Below, one piece after another: positions 46,671 through 55,704 of a stretch of 64,000 nucleotides of DNA. The first letter of the stretch is position 1; each line of letters starts with the position of its first letter. The stretch lies in assembly GCA_964573695.1 (NCBI GenBank), contig CAZNKB010000006.1, positions 8,879 through 72,878 on the forward strand, read 5' to 3'. The notes under the pieces were generated by a model that worked only from the letters and a program-made list of their open reading frames with translations, had not been told where the DNA came from and ran no database searches. The translations under genes were made by a program, and so were the position numbers. Source of the stretch: an uncultured Gammaproteobacteria bacterium (GTDB taxonomy: Bacteria > Patescibacteriota > Microgenomatia > UBA10105 > UBA927).

Positions 46671-46982
46671 ATGAAAAAGACGTGTGAAAACGCGGGCTGC
46701 ATATTAAATCAGCTTGGAAACTGTTTTGGGGCGAGATTTCTAGGCGAGCAACCGAGCGTGTTGCAAAGTGAGGAGTATTGGCGGGCCAAAGCAGAAGAAG
46801 AAAATAGTCGCAGACGGCAGGCAAATATGGCTCCCGCACAGCCTGATTTTCTTCGGCGTGAGCACATCAAAGATACCCGATATACCTGGCAGGTCGCCAA
46901 GCGCGAACATTGCCGCAGAAGCGATCGTGCATTGGGCAGCGCATTGAGGGCCTACGATGTGATAGCTGCCCCATTTTTATGA
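46671..46982 (+). CDS. hypothetical Cys-containing protein
   Basis: CENAGC...C...C; GGAG upstream. Confidence 0.5.
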   Translation: MKKTCENAGCILNQLGNCFGARFLGEQPSVLQSEEYWRAKAEEENSRRRQANMAPAQPDFLRREHIKDTRYTWQVAKREHCRRSDRALGSALRAYDVIAAPFL

Positions 46983-46992
46983 CAATTATCCT

Positions 46993-47304
46993 ATGACTAC
47001 AAGAGTCGCCTGTCACCAGGGGAAGGAACGGAGTGTCGCCGTAGCAGGATTATACAGGTCTAAAGGATATGACTATGTATCGTTTTACGGTGGGATAGAG
47101 CGGATGATTACGTTAAGCGTAAGAGAGCTCAGGAGAGAAGTGACGCGAGACGATGACGTCATATTAATCTGTGAACCGTGGAGAGAGTGGGATCCGCAAC
47201 TGAAAGCCGTGGAACAGGCAGAAGAACTTCTCAAGCGCGCCGGCAGACGATATAGTCGATCAACGACAACAGAATTGATGAAGGCTTTGATAGGAAGACG
47301 ATAA
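46993..47304 (+). CDS. small phosphatase/rhodanese-like protein
   Basis: N-terminal VACHQGKERS matches the CX5RS loop. Confidence 0.5.
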   Translation: MTTRVACHQGKERSVAVAGLYRSKGYDYVSFYGGIERMITLSVRELRREVTRDDDVILICEPWREWDPQLKAVEQAEELLKRAGRRYSRSTTTELMKALIGRR

Positions 47305-47404
47305 TTTTGTTATAGATGCGTTGATATCATCGAAGCCGTTAGTCACCGCTCAATCCTGTCGAATGGTACTGCGTATCTGAGCGAACGTGAAGTGGTTCGT
47401 GACG

Positions 47405-47611
47405 TTATTTACGAAGTGGTCGTCTTCGGGAGCCTGTGGGCGGACCGAATGCTTCATGTGTTGATTTCGTATACTCGCGCGTTCCATGATCCACCGCAGC
47501 TCCCACGACGCTTTCCATGAGTTTTCGTAATCGGGATCCTGCCCAATTTGTCAGCGCTCGGAATTTTTCCCGAGTAAGAAATCGTTTAGGTTGAGTTGTT
47601 TCGGCTGTCAT
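47405..47611 (-). CDS. small basic hypothetical protein
   Basis: ORF from MTAETT. Confidence 0.4.
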   Translation of the reverse strand: MTAETTQPKRFLTREKFRALTNWAGSRLRKLMESVVGAAVDHGTREYTKSTHEAFGPPTGSRRRPLRK

Positions 47612-47736
47612 ATAGTCGCGTATGGTATGTTTTTTCCGTGTCAAATGCAATATGTCTGTAAATCATGCTCCGCAATTGATCTTCGATTCATGGTATAATA
47701 CCAGTCATATCGAGGCAAACGTAAGAAACGTCCGTC

Positions 47737-48948
47737 ATGAGAATTCTATATCTTCAAACGTTTCCGTTTTGGGGAAGCGGCTCAGGCACATACGCACGAC
47801 ATTTGGCGAGCGAAGTGGGTCGTCGTCATAAAGTCGCCATTCTTGCTCCCGACACACGTCCCATTGAGCGAGCTAAGTTGTATTCTGTGGCACTTCCATT
47901 CCCGGTAGCCTTTACCGGGCATCCTGAGTGGCCCGATTGCAAGCTTTATACACAACTTAATAATGACGAAATATACCGGGTTTACAAGGTGCTGCTTGAG
48001 TCTGCGATAGCAGCAGTAGTCGATTTCCGGCCCGATATCATTCATGTTCACCACGCCTTCCCGTTTTCTTGGGCTGCGGCGTTTATCAAGGATTTTTATA
48101 ACATTCCGTACGTAGTGACGATTCATGGATCCGAACTGCCGTCCATGGAAAAAGAGAAACGGTTTATTAGGGCTACATATTATGCGATGTATCGTGCTAA
48201 ACAGATATTTCCGAATTCCGGATATACGAGAGACTGGTTTTTGAGAATTTTCAAGGGAGATTTTCATGAAAAAAGCCGAGTAATCCCCGGGGGTGTGAAC
48301 GTCGACAAATTCATCTATAGCGAGTCGGGCGCGAAATCCGTCGATAAGGAACTCAAGCTACATGGTAAGCCGGTCGTGGTATTTGCCGGAAAACTCACAA
48401 AATACAAAGGAGTAGAGTTCCTCGTCGGGGCGGCAAAAAATATCCATGGGGAAGTCGTCATATTGGGGGACGGTCCGGAAAAACAGCGCTTACAGGAAAA
48501 AGCGAGACAACTGAATTTAACAAATATTCATTGGGTGGGTCATTTGGGTGCAGGGATCAAAAAGCTCGTACCGTATTATTCCCGGGCGGACGTATTTGTA
48601 GCTCCCAGCGTGTGGGACGAGCCGTTGGGGCTCGTCATATTGGAAGCTATGGCATGTCAGACACCAGTTGTGGTTACCAGAAAAGGCGGAATTCCGCTTG
48701 CCGTCAAAGAAGGATATAACGGGCTGTTTGTCCGTGCGCGAAATAGTGCTGAGATCGTCGAGAAGGTCAATAAACTATTAGATAACGCGTCTTTTCGGTA
48801 TAAAATGGGCCAGAACGCACGTAAATCGGTAGAAGAAAAATTCTCCTGGGAAACGATTGCGCATAAATTCGAACTTTCGTATGCCAAATATGCCAAAAAA
48901 TCCAACGGATCGGCGTTTTCCGTGCAAGCACCGGCGGCAAAGAGCTGA
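47737..48948 (+). CDS. glycosyltransferase family 4
   Basis: FAGKLTKYKG and ADVFVAPSVWDEPLGLVILEAMA. Confidence 0.93.
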   Translation: MRILYLQTFPFWGSGSGTYARHLASEVGRRHKVAILAPDTRPIERAKLYSVALPFPVAFTGHPEWPDCKLYTQLNNDEIYRVYKVLLESAIAAVVDFRPDIIHVHHAFPFSWAAAFIKDFYNIPYVVTIHGSELPSMEKEKRFIRATYYAMYRAKQIFPNSGYTRDWFLRIFKGDFHEKSRVIPGGVNVDKFIYSESGAKSVDKELKLHGKPVVVFAGKLTKYKGVEFLVGAAKNIHGEVVILGDGPEKQRLQEKARQLNLTNIHWVGHLGAGIKKLVPYYSRADVFVAPSVWDEPLGLVILEAMACQTPVVVTRKGGIPLAVKEGYNGLFVRARNSAEIVEKVNKLLDNASFRYKMGQNARKSVEEKFSWETIAHKFELSYAKYAKKSNGSAFSVQAPAAKS

Positions 48949-49013
48949 CGTAATATATCGTACATCCAAATACCACACAGACCGTTACAATAAGATTTCT
49001 CTATTATATTACT

Positions 49014-49247
49014 ATGCGTAAAACAACAACCGAAGTTACCGGGTATACCATGTATTATTCTGAGCCAGGTGAACTCGACAAGATTATGGCCCAGGGTCAC
49101 GAGTATGATATTTGTAAAATTGGCTGGACCGGTCCCAACACCGGGGCAAGGCGTGTCGCATTTACATCCGATGAATCAGGAAATCGGAGATTCGAGCGTA
49201 AAATGCGCGCACTCAAATTTGAAATTCAGGACGTATCCGCAGTCTGA
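49014..49247 (+). CDS. small hypothetical protein
   Basis: 77-aa ORF. Confidence 0.45.
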   Translation: MRKTTTEVTGYTMYYSEPGELDKIMAQGHEYDICKIGWTGPNTGARRVAFTSDESGNRRFERKMRALKFEIQDVSAV

Positions 49248-49294
49248 TTTGTCTTTCAGGTGACTTCTTTTTCCGTTTGACATACACTGGTTGT

Positions 49295-50365
49295 ATGAGA
49301 ATCCTCATATTAGGTTCCGTTGCATTGCCTGTTCCTCCTCCCATGCAGGGAGGTACTGAGCGTATAGCCTATTGGCAGGCTTTGGGGCTTGCCAAGCGCG
49401 GACACCAAGTGACGCTTATCGCAGCGAAGGGATCGAAAAAGGATCCGTCCTACACGCTGGTTGAAATTGGCGGCGGCGATACGGTAACAGGGTCTTCGAC
49501 TCAGTCCACAGTTAACTTTACAGAAGGCTCGCGAGCCATGCGCAAGGAATTGGTGTACATGGCAAACGTTTCCCAGTGGATGTTGGATCACGGGAAAGAA
49601 TTTGATGTAATCCTCAATAACATGCGCGGCGGCGAATCCATGCTGCTTCCTATCGCCAAAAAATTAGGCGTGCAGTTTGCAACCGTGATGCATTTGCCGA
49701 TATTTGCGGAATTAGCCGATGAATTCCGTATATATAACACGCCCGTTATCACTATTAGCAATGCTCAGAAAGAAGGTTTTGACGGACTCAATTACATTGG
49801 CACTGTTTATAACGCTACCGATGTAGAAGAGTTACCATTCCAGGAAAAAGCCGGAGAGTATCTCCTCATGATGGGCAGTATCGCGCCGCATAAAAATCAA
49901 AAAGACGGAATTCTTGCTGCAAAAGCGGTGGGTCAAAAAATTATTCTGGCCGGTAAAATCGGGAATCAAACCTATTGGGAGAGTGAGGTGGCTCCGCTTG
50001 TGGACGGAACAACGGTGATACACAAAGGCGAAATGGGGATAGCGGAAAAGGCAGCTTTACTGGGTAACGCCCAAGCCTTGTTATTCCCGATTGTCTGGCC
50101 GGAACCGTTCGGACTCGTCATGATAGAGGCATTGGCGACGGGCACACCTGTGGTCGCGTACGGTAACGGCGCTGTTTCGGAGGTTGTTACGGACGGAAAA
50201 ACGGGCTTTATCGTCGATCAGTCACAAGGTGTTGGGGGGCTGGCCGTCGCTACCAAACGAGTTGGAGAAATCAATCGGGCCGATTGTCGTGCCGATGTGG
50301 AGAAGAGATTCACGATAGAAAAAATGATAGAAAGCCTCGAAGTAGCACTCCGGACCGTTGCGTAG
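49295..50365 (+). CDS. glycosyltransferase family 4
   Basis: VPPPMQGGTE and PIVWPEPFGLVMIEA; TACACT 6 nt before the ATG. Confidence 0.93.
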   Translation: MRILILGSVALPVPPPMQGGTERIAYWQALGLAKRGHQVTLIAAKGSKKDPSYTLVEIGGGDTVTGSSTQSTVNFTEGSRAMRKELVYMANVSQWMLDHGKEFDVILNNMRGGESMLLPIAKKLGVQFATVMHLPIFAELADEFRIYNTPVITISNAQKEGFDGLNYIGTVYNATDVEELPFQEKAGEYLLMMGSIAPHKNQKDGILAAKAVGQKIILAGKIGNQTYWESEVAPLVDGTTVIHKGEMGIAEKAALLGNAQALLFPIVWPEPFGLVMIEALATGTPVVAYGNGAVSEVVTDGKTGFIVDQSQGVGGLAVATKRVGEINRADCRADVEKRFTIEKMIESLEVALRTVA

Positions 50366-50441
50366 GTGATTTTTGGTTTTCCTTGTTTGTCCCCTTTGTG
50401 GTACGATCGGGGCTCCGTTTAGAAGTGGGTATACGTAAGCT

Positions 50442-50660
50442 ATGCACGAACGAAAGCGTCTTCATTTGCTGACTGGCCTCATGCGCAGAGTGGAAGAGTT
50501 TGAGGAAGAAGCTGTGGACATTGAGGTATTTCTTGGTGGAGAGTGGAAAGCCCGGGTTATGGTGCTGCCGCGTTGGCAGATAGAGATTATGCAGCGACGC
50601 GGCGTATATCACATGACTGATGATGATAAAGAAGAAATTCAGGTCCGGTTAGCCTCGTAG
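50442..50660 (+). CDS. small hypothetical protein
   Basis: 72-aa ORF. Confidence 0.4.
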   Translation: MHERKRLHLLTGLMRRVEEFEEEAVDIEVFLGGEWKARVMVLPRWQIEIMQRRGVYHMTDDDKEEIQVRLAS

Positions 50661-50711
50661 TTAAGGTAAGCGCATTCATCAGTATCCAAATCTACATGGT
50701 ATGATGAATAT

Positions 50712-51752
50712 ATGAAGATTGCAGTTCTTGCCCCTCCGTATTTACCAGTGCCTCCGCCACTTTACGGCGGAACAGAAAAAATAGTCTCGCTTTTGACGGA
50801 AGGATTAGTCGACCAGGGCCATGATGTGACGTTGTTTGCAAGCGGAGATAGTGTCACCCACGCGAAGCTATCGAGTATGTTTCCCACCGCATTAGGTAAC
50901 AGCGGGCTTACCAAAGGAAATACGGATAAGCCATTGGCGCATTACCACGCGTGTTATGCTAGAGCTGACGAATTCGATGTCATTCACAGCCACGGCCAGT
51001 ATCTGAGTTTGCCGGAAGCTTCAACGATCAAAACACCTGTTGTATTTACTTGGCATGGATCATTTTATCCGGGAGAAACAACGGAGGAAAAGCGGGAGAT
51101 ACTCAAAAAATACAAACATCTTAATTATATTTCCATTTCCAACAATCAACGTGCTGGTTTAGCTGATCTTCATTATGTAGCGACGGTATATAACGCACTG
51201 GATATAGCGGAGTATCCGTTTATTCCTGCCCCGGGCGATTATCTCCTCTGGATCGGTAGGGTGAATCCCAAAAAAGGTGCTCTGGATGCCATACAGGCCG
51301 CGAAACGGCTGGGTATACGGCTGGAAATGGCCGCTGCTATCGATCCCATTGATCACCAGTATTTTGAAGAAACGATTAAACCACATATTGACGGCGAACG
51401 TGTCGTATTCCACGGAGAGATAGGACATAGTGCTCTCGTCGAATTATATGGAGGAGCGCTTGCCACGCTATATCCTATTTCCTGGCATGAACCGTTTGGA
51501 CTCGTTATGGCCGAGAGCATGTCGTGCGGGACTCCTGTGATTGCCTATAACGTGGGGTCGGTACCGGAAATAGTACGAGATAGATTGACAGGATTTGTTA
51601 TAGATCCGTCTTTGGGAGTTGAGGGACTTGTAGATGCGGTCAAAAAGCTAGATACCATAGATCGATCTCGCTGCAGGAAACACACCGAGGCATATTTTCA
51701 TAAAGACAGAATGGTCAGAGATTATGAAGCGGTCTATGAGGCGCTGCTATGA
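50712..51752 (+). CDS. glycosyltransferase family 4
   Basis: VPPPLYGGTE and PISWHEPFGLVMAES. Confidence 0.93.
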   Translation: MKIAVLAPPYLPVPPPLYGGTEKIVSLLTEGLVDQGHDVTLFASGDSVTHAKLSSMFPTALGNSGLTKGNTDKPLAHYHACYARADEFDVIHSHGQYLSLPEASTIKTPVVFTWHGSFYPGETTEEKREILKKYKHLNYISISNNQRAGLADLHYVATVYNALDIAEYPFIPAPGDYLLWIGRVNPKKGALDAIQAAKRLGIRLEMAAAIDPIDHQYFEETIKPHIDGERVVFHGEIGHSALVELYGGALATLYPISWHEPFGLVMAESMSCGTPVIAYNVGSVPEIVRDRLTGFVIDPSLGVEGLVDAVKKLDTIDRSRCRKHTEAYFHKDRMVRDYEAVYEALL

Positions 51753-52867
51753 GAATCGGACTGTATATTTCACCTTCGCACCGAGTTCCTCCTGACGAAA
51801 AAAGCATCCTGGCTCCTTGGGTGTTGGTCCAACAACTGGCAGACGGCTTGGTCGCAAAGCATCACGATGTGACACTTTTTGCTGCCAAGGGAAGTAACAC
51901 ATCCGCCAAACTTATACACGGAGGGATAGACGCAACGATAAATCGGATTTCGGAGTATGGAGATCATGATGACTACCGGGCGTATGTCATTGCCCAGGAG
52001 CTTGCACTTATGCGCGAGGTCATCGTTTGGGCAAAAGAAGGAAAGCTTGATGTGGTGCATATACACCAACCGGTCGAGCGACTGTATCCTGCTCTTCTGG
52101 CTATGCCGGCTAAGGTGCCTGTTGTCATAACGTTTCATGATCCCATTAATCCCGAGAGGTTTGCAGCCCTCGAAAAGCTTATGGAATTGGGGAATATTCA
52201 TCTGGTTTCACTCTCCAAAGCCCAACAGCATCAGGTGCCATTCCCATTTGCCGGCGTTGTGCCAAACGGCGTAGATACGTCTCGATTTGTGCCCGACGGA
52301 CAGTTGCCGCTTCGTAAGCGCCCGCTACTTATCACCGGACGCATCGTGCCTCAAAAAGGATTCACGGATGCGATAGAAGCTGCTCGCGCCGTTCACATGC
52401 GCCTGATGATTGTCGGGCAGGAATACGAGCAACAGAAAGTGTCCCGCGAATATTTTGAGGGAGAGGTGAAGCCGGCAATAGACGGCAAAAACGTACTTTG
52501 GGAATCCGTCGTAAAACAGGAGCATCTTGTGGGGCATTATCAGACAGCAGCAGCGCTTCTTTTCCCCATACGCTGGGAGGAGCCATTCGGACTGGTTATG
52601 ATAGAGGCTATGGCAACCGGTACGCCCGTGATTGCCTATAATCGGGGATCCGTGCCGGAGATTATCATTGACGGCAAAACCGGGTTTATCGTTGACCCGA
52701 AAGAAGGAGTAAAGGGATTGGTCCAAGCCATTAAACGGATCGATGAGATTGATCGAATGGCCTGCCGTCGTCATGTCGAGCGTTATTTTTCTCTTGCCAC
52801 GATGATCGCGGGTTACGAAGCCGTGTACAAAAAAGTCAGTCGTACGGCAAAACTTCCTGTCAAGTAG
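51749..52867 (+). CDS. glycosyltransferase family 4
   Basis: PIRWEEPFGLVMIEAMA; ATGA overlap with the previous gene. Confidence 0.93.
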   Translation: MRIGLYISPSHRVPPDEKSILAPWVLVQQLADGLVAKHHDVTLFAAKGSNTSAKLIHGGIDATINRISEYGDHDDYRAYVIAQELALMREVIVWAKEGKLDVVHIHQPVERLYPALLAMPAKVPVVITFHDPINPERFAALEKLMELGNIHLVSLSKAQQHQVPFPFAGVVPNGVDTSRFVPDGQLPLRKRPLLITGRIVPQKGFTDAIEAARAVHMRLMIVGQEYEQQKVSREYFEGEVKPAIDGKNVLWESVVKQEHLVGHYQTAAALLFPIRWEEPFGLVMIEAMATGTPVIAYNRGSVPEIIIDGKTGFIVDPKEGVKGLVQAIKRIDEIDRMACRRHVERYFSLATMIAGYEAVYKKVSRTAKLPVK

Positions 52868-52907
52868 AGTACATACACGCTTCTATTCTCCGTGCTAAGA
52901 TAAATTC

Positions 52908-54338
52908 ATGCGGGTTTTATTTGTCACCAGTGAGATAGCCACGCTTTATAAGCGGGGGGGGTTGGCTGATGTAAGTTACGCATTGCCGGTATCTCTTTCC
53001 CAATTAGGGGTAAATGTCTCTGTTGCCATGCCATATTATGCCAGCGTAACGACGAAAGGTGTGACCTGTGTCGGGCAATTGGCGATTGATTATGATAGGC
53101 GGCGCGAATTGGTATTTGTGTTTCGGACGCTGCTACCACATTCTCATGTGCGTGCATATCTGTTCCGGCATCCGCTGCTTAATGACTATGATGATGCGCA
53201 CATTGCCGATCGGTTTGCCTTTTTTTCCAAGGCAGTAGCCCAGCTCTCGTTGTATTCGGAAGGTGTACTTGGGGGCCCGTATGACATTATTCACTGCAAC
53301 GACTGGCATACGGCATTGATCCCGATGCTTATCGGAGAGCAGAGTAAGGTAGGATATCGGGAACGGGAAACGATACAATCCCGAAGAGTCAAAACGATCC
53401 TCACCGTGCACAATCTGCTGTATCAGGGGGAGACGGGATTTTCGATTACGCTCAAGCTCGGGTTTCCTAAAACGATATTTCATCCCTTTATGACGCCGCT
53501 TGGTCGGGCAGTGCGACTACTCACCGAAGGATTTGAGTATGCCGATAAAGTGACAACCGTTTCCCCGACGTATGCCAAAGAAATAGCCCGCGGGGTCCAC
53601 GGCAAGCGCGTCGTCGAGGTGTTTAAACGCAGAAAAGACCGAATGATAGGGATACTCAATGGTCTTGATACCAAATTGTGGGATCCAAAAACGGATCCGT
53701 CGCTCCCTGTGCATTATGAAACAAGCTCAGTGGTGCAAGCCAAGCGCGCGATAAAAGAGCAACTACAGAAAGCCCTCCGTCTTCCTGTTTCCCCCGTGCC
53801 TTTGTTCGGATTTGTCGGCCGGTTAGAAAAACGTCAAAAAGGACTTGATCTTATTGCCCGAGTCATTGCAAAGCTTAAGGGAGAAGACTACCAGTTGGTG
53901 CTTTTGGGCACCGGGCAAAAAAAGCTTGTGACTCTGTTTGAAAAGCTTGCCAGTGAGAATGAACATATAGCTTTTGTCCATACGTTTGATGAACGGCTCG
54001 CGCGGCGGATCTATGCCGGAAGCGATGTTATGCTGGTTCCCTCGAAGTTTGAGCCGTGTGGCCTGACACAAATGATTGCCATGCGCTATGGAACATTGCC
54101 CTTGGTGCGTAACACCGGTGGGCTAGCTGATACGGTCAGCGACGGGGAGACCGGTTTCGTATTCGGACCATATACCAGCACCGCACTTGCTGCCAAGATG
54201 AAAGAAGCTATCTTACTTTATCGGGATAATCCGACCAAATTCACTCGAATGATGAAGCACGTTATGCGGGTGGATTTTTCCTGGGCCCACCAGGTTAAGG
54301 AATATATGCGGCTTTATCAGAAGCTTATTTCTTCCTAG
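52908..54338 (+). CDS. glgA: glycogen/starch synthase (GT5)
   Basis: KRGGLADV, HCNDWHT, TVHNLLYQG and PSKFEPCGLTQMIAMRYGT. Confidence 0.93.
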   Translation: MRVLFVTSEIATLYKRGGLADVSYALPVSLSQLGVNVSVAMPYYASVTTKGVTCVGQLAIDYDRRRELVFVFRTLLPHSHVRAYLFRHPLLNDYDDAHIADRFAFFSKAVAQLSLYSEGVLGGPYDIIHCNDWHTALIPMLIGEQSKVGYRERETIQSRRVKTILTVHNLLYQGETGFSITLKLGFPKTIFHPFMTPLGRAVRLLTEGFEYADKVTTVSPTYAKEIARGVHGKRVVEVFKRRKDRMIGILNGLDTKLWDPKTDPSLPVHYETSSVVQAKRAIKEQLQKALRLPVSPVPLFGFVGRLEKRQKGLDLIARVIAKLKGEDYQLVLLGTGQKKLVTLFEKLASENEHIAFVHTFDERLARRIYAGSDVMLVPSKFEPCGLTQMIAMRYGTLPLVRNTGGLADTVSDGETGFVFGPYTSTALAAKMKEAILLYRDNPTKFTRMMKHVMRVDFSWAHQVKEYMRLYQKLISS

Positions 54339-54378
54339 CCGCTCGGCCTTGTGTAGGACAAAGAGATACTTTGTGGAT

Positions 54379-54430
54379 TTTTACCAATATCTCCCAAAGT
54401 TTTTACAAGTATTTACAAGTAGTTACCAGT
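54379..54430 (+). promoter_or_regulatory. 10-bp tandem repeat array (consensus wTTTACAAGT), candidate operator
   Basis: ttttacaagt-atttacaagt-agttaccagt at 54401-54430; ttttaccaat at 54379. Confidence 0.55.
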
Positions 54431-54457
54431 TTTATATAGGGCGTACTGACGCGACGT

Positions 54458-55420
54458 TTATGCTAATGTGTAATACACGCTCCGCCCCCTGCCGCTCGAG
54501 AGAAGGAATCCGAAGGAAACGAGTTTCGTAAGGTCGCGACTTGCGGTAATTTGTGAGATTCGGAATCGTTTTTGGACCTCGCGATTCGTGACTTTTGCTG
54601 ACGGTACATCAAGCAGCATAAGGATATGTTTTTGGCGCTCATTGAGTGACGCAAACGACTGTGTGTGCGTCGCTGTGCGGCCGGCTCGTTCCCGTATATC
54701 CTGAAGCAGGGTCATATATGCCTCGTGTGTTGCCCGGACAAAATATTCTAGCCAAACGGTCATCTGGCCAAGTGAACCAATACTTGTAAGCGCATGGGTA
54801 TAGGCATTGGGATCCCGGGTAAGGGCATATTCCAGATTGAGCATCCCTCGGCAGTCATACCCGTATTTGGCCATGATAAGGCTGCTTGTGAGGAGCGCCA
54901 TGCGCCGGTGCGACTGTTTCTGAATATCAGTATGTGCCGTCGCTGCGTGTGCTACGCCTGCGATAAGAAGCGGATGATCACCGGATTGCGTCTCTATATA
55001 TGCCACGAGTCGCTTAAGGTCGATAGCACTTTCGCGAATTGAGCGGGATATGCGGGAAAACGGAAGCGAAAGCGCGACGCTCATGAGTATTTCCAGGCTA
55101 GCAAGGGTGACAGGTTTGGAGCTCCCGGTCCATTCGTTGCGGATATACGTTAAAGCCTGGCGGTAAAGAAGGGCTTCCTGTTCCATGGGGTGGGGTCTTT
55201 TGGGCGTATTGGATAGCAATCTGTTGAGCTCGACGATCGTCATGGGGATATCGGCTAGCCGAAGGGCAGTCAGGATTCTTCCGGTCGTTGCCAGGTAGCG
55301 AAGTTCAATTTCTCTCCGGGGGGATAAAGGCCAAGAAAGGAGATGGCTGCGATACAGGTCTATATCTTTCGTTTGATTTTGAAGAAACGGCGAAAACGTG
55401 TATGCAATTGGTATTCCCAT
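54458..55420 (-). CDS. Fic-like protein with degenerate active site and C-terminal winged HTH
   Basis: HPLLIAGVAH...RRMALL...GY where HPFxDGNGR is expected; LNERQ...TNREVQKRFRISQITASRDLTKL...GRGRSVYY wHTH; start uncertain. Confidence 0.75.
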   Translation of the reverse strand: MGIPIAYTFSPFLQNQTKDIDLYRSHLLSWPLSPRREIELRYLATTGRILTALRLADIPMTIVELNRLLSNTPKRPHPMEQEALLYRQALTYIRNEWTGSSKPVTLASLEILMSVALSLPFSRISRSIRESAIDLKRLVAYIETQSGDHPLLIAGVAHAATAHTDIQKQSHRRMALLTSSLIMAKYGYDCRGMLNLEYALTRDPNAYTHALTSIGSLGQMTVWLEYFVRATHEAYMTLLQDIRERAGRTATHTQSFASLNERQKHILMLLDVPSAKVTNREVQKRFRISQITASRDLTKLVSFGFLLSSGRGRSVYYTLA

Positions 55421-55558
55421 ACAGCTCAAGGAGTAGTTACATTTGGATCGTATCACGAGGTCTAGAAAAAATCAAAGTATATCTAAGCTTGTTAGTACGG
55501 GAAATATGCGTTTATGTGATAAGAGAACGATAAGATTATGATCTGGTTAGTCCGGTGC

Positions 55559-55588
55559 TTGACAAGGTGTGAAAAGCAGGCGTACAGT
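55559..55588 (+). promoter_or_regulatory. sigma70-type promoter of the HTH-Cache/collagen operon
   Basis: TTGACA-18 nt-TACAGT. Confidence 0.5.
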
Positions 55589-55607
55589 AGATATATAACT
55601 TACACAT

Positions 55608-55659
55608 ATTAGTAATAACTGTGAAAGTTATTGGTAAGCACTTGTAAAAACTTGGTTTA
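55608..55659 (-). promoter_or_regulatory. second 10-bp repeat array, inverted relative to 54379-54430
   Basis: Reverse complement reads taaaccaagt-ttttacaagt-gcttaccaat; the 14-mer AAGTTTTTACAAGT is identical to 54397-54410. Confidence 0.55.
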
Positions 55660-55704
55660 ATTTCGCATTGGTACGGGCTAAAGGGTTTGGGAGCCTGCCT
55701 GGAC

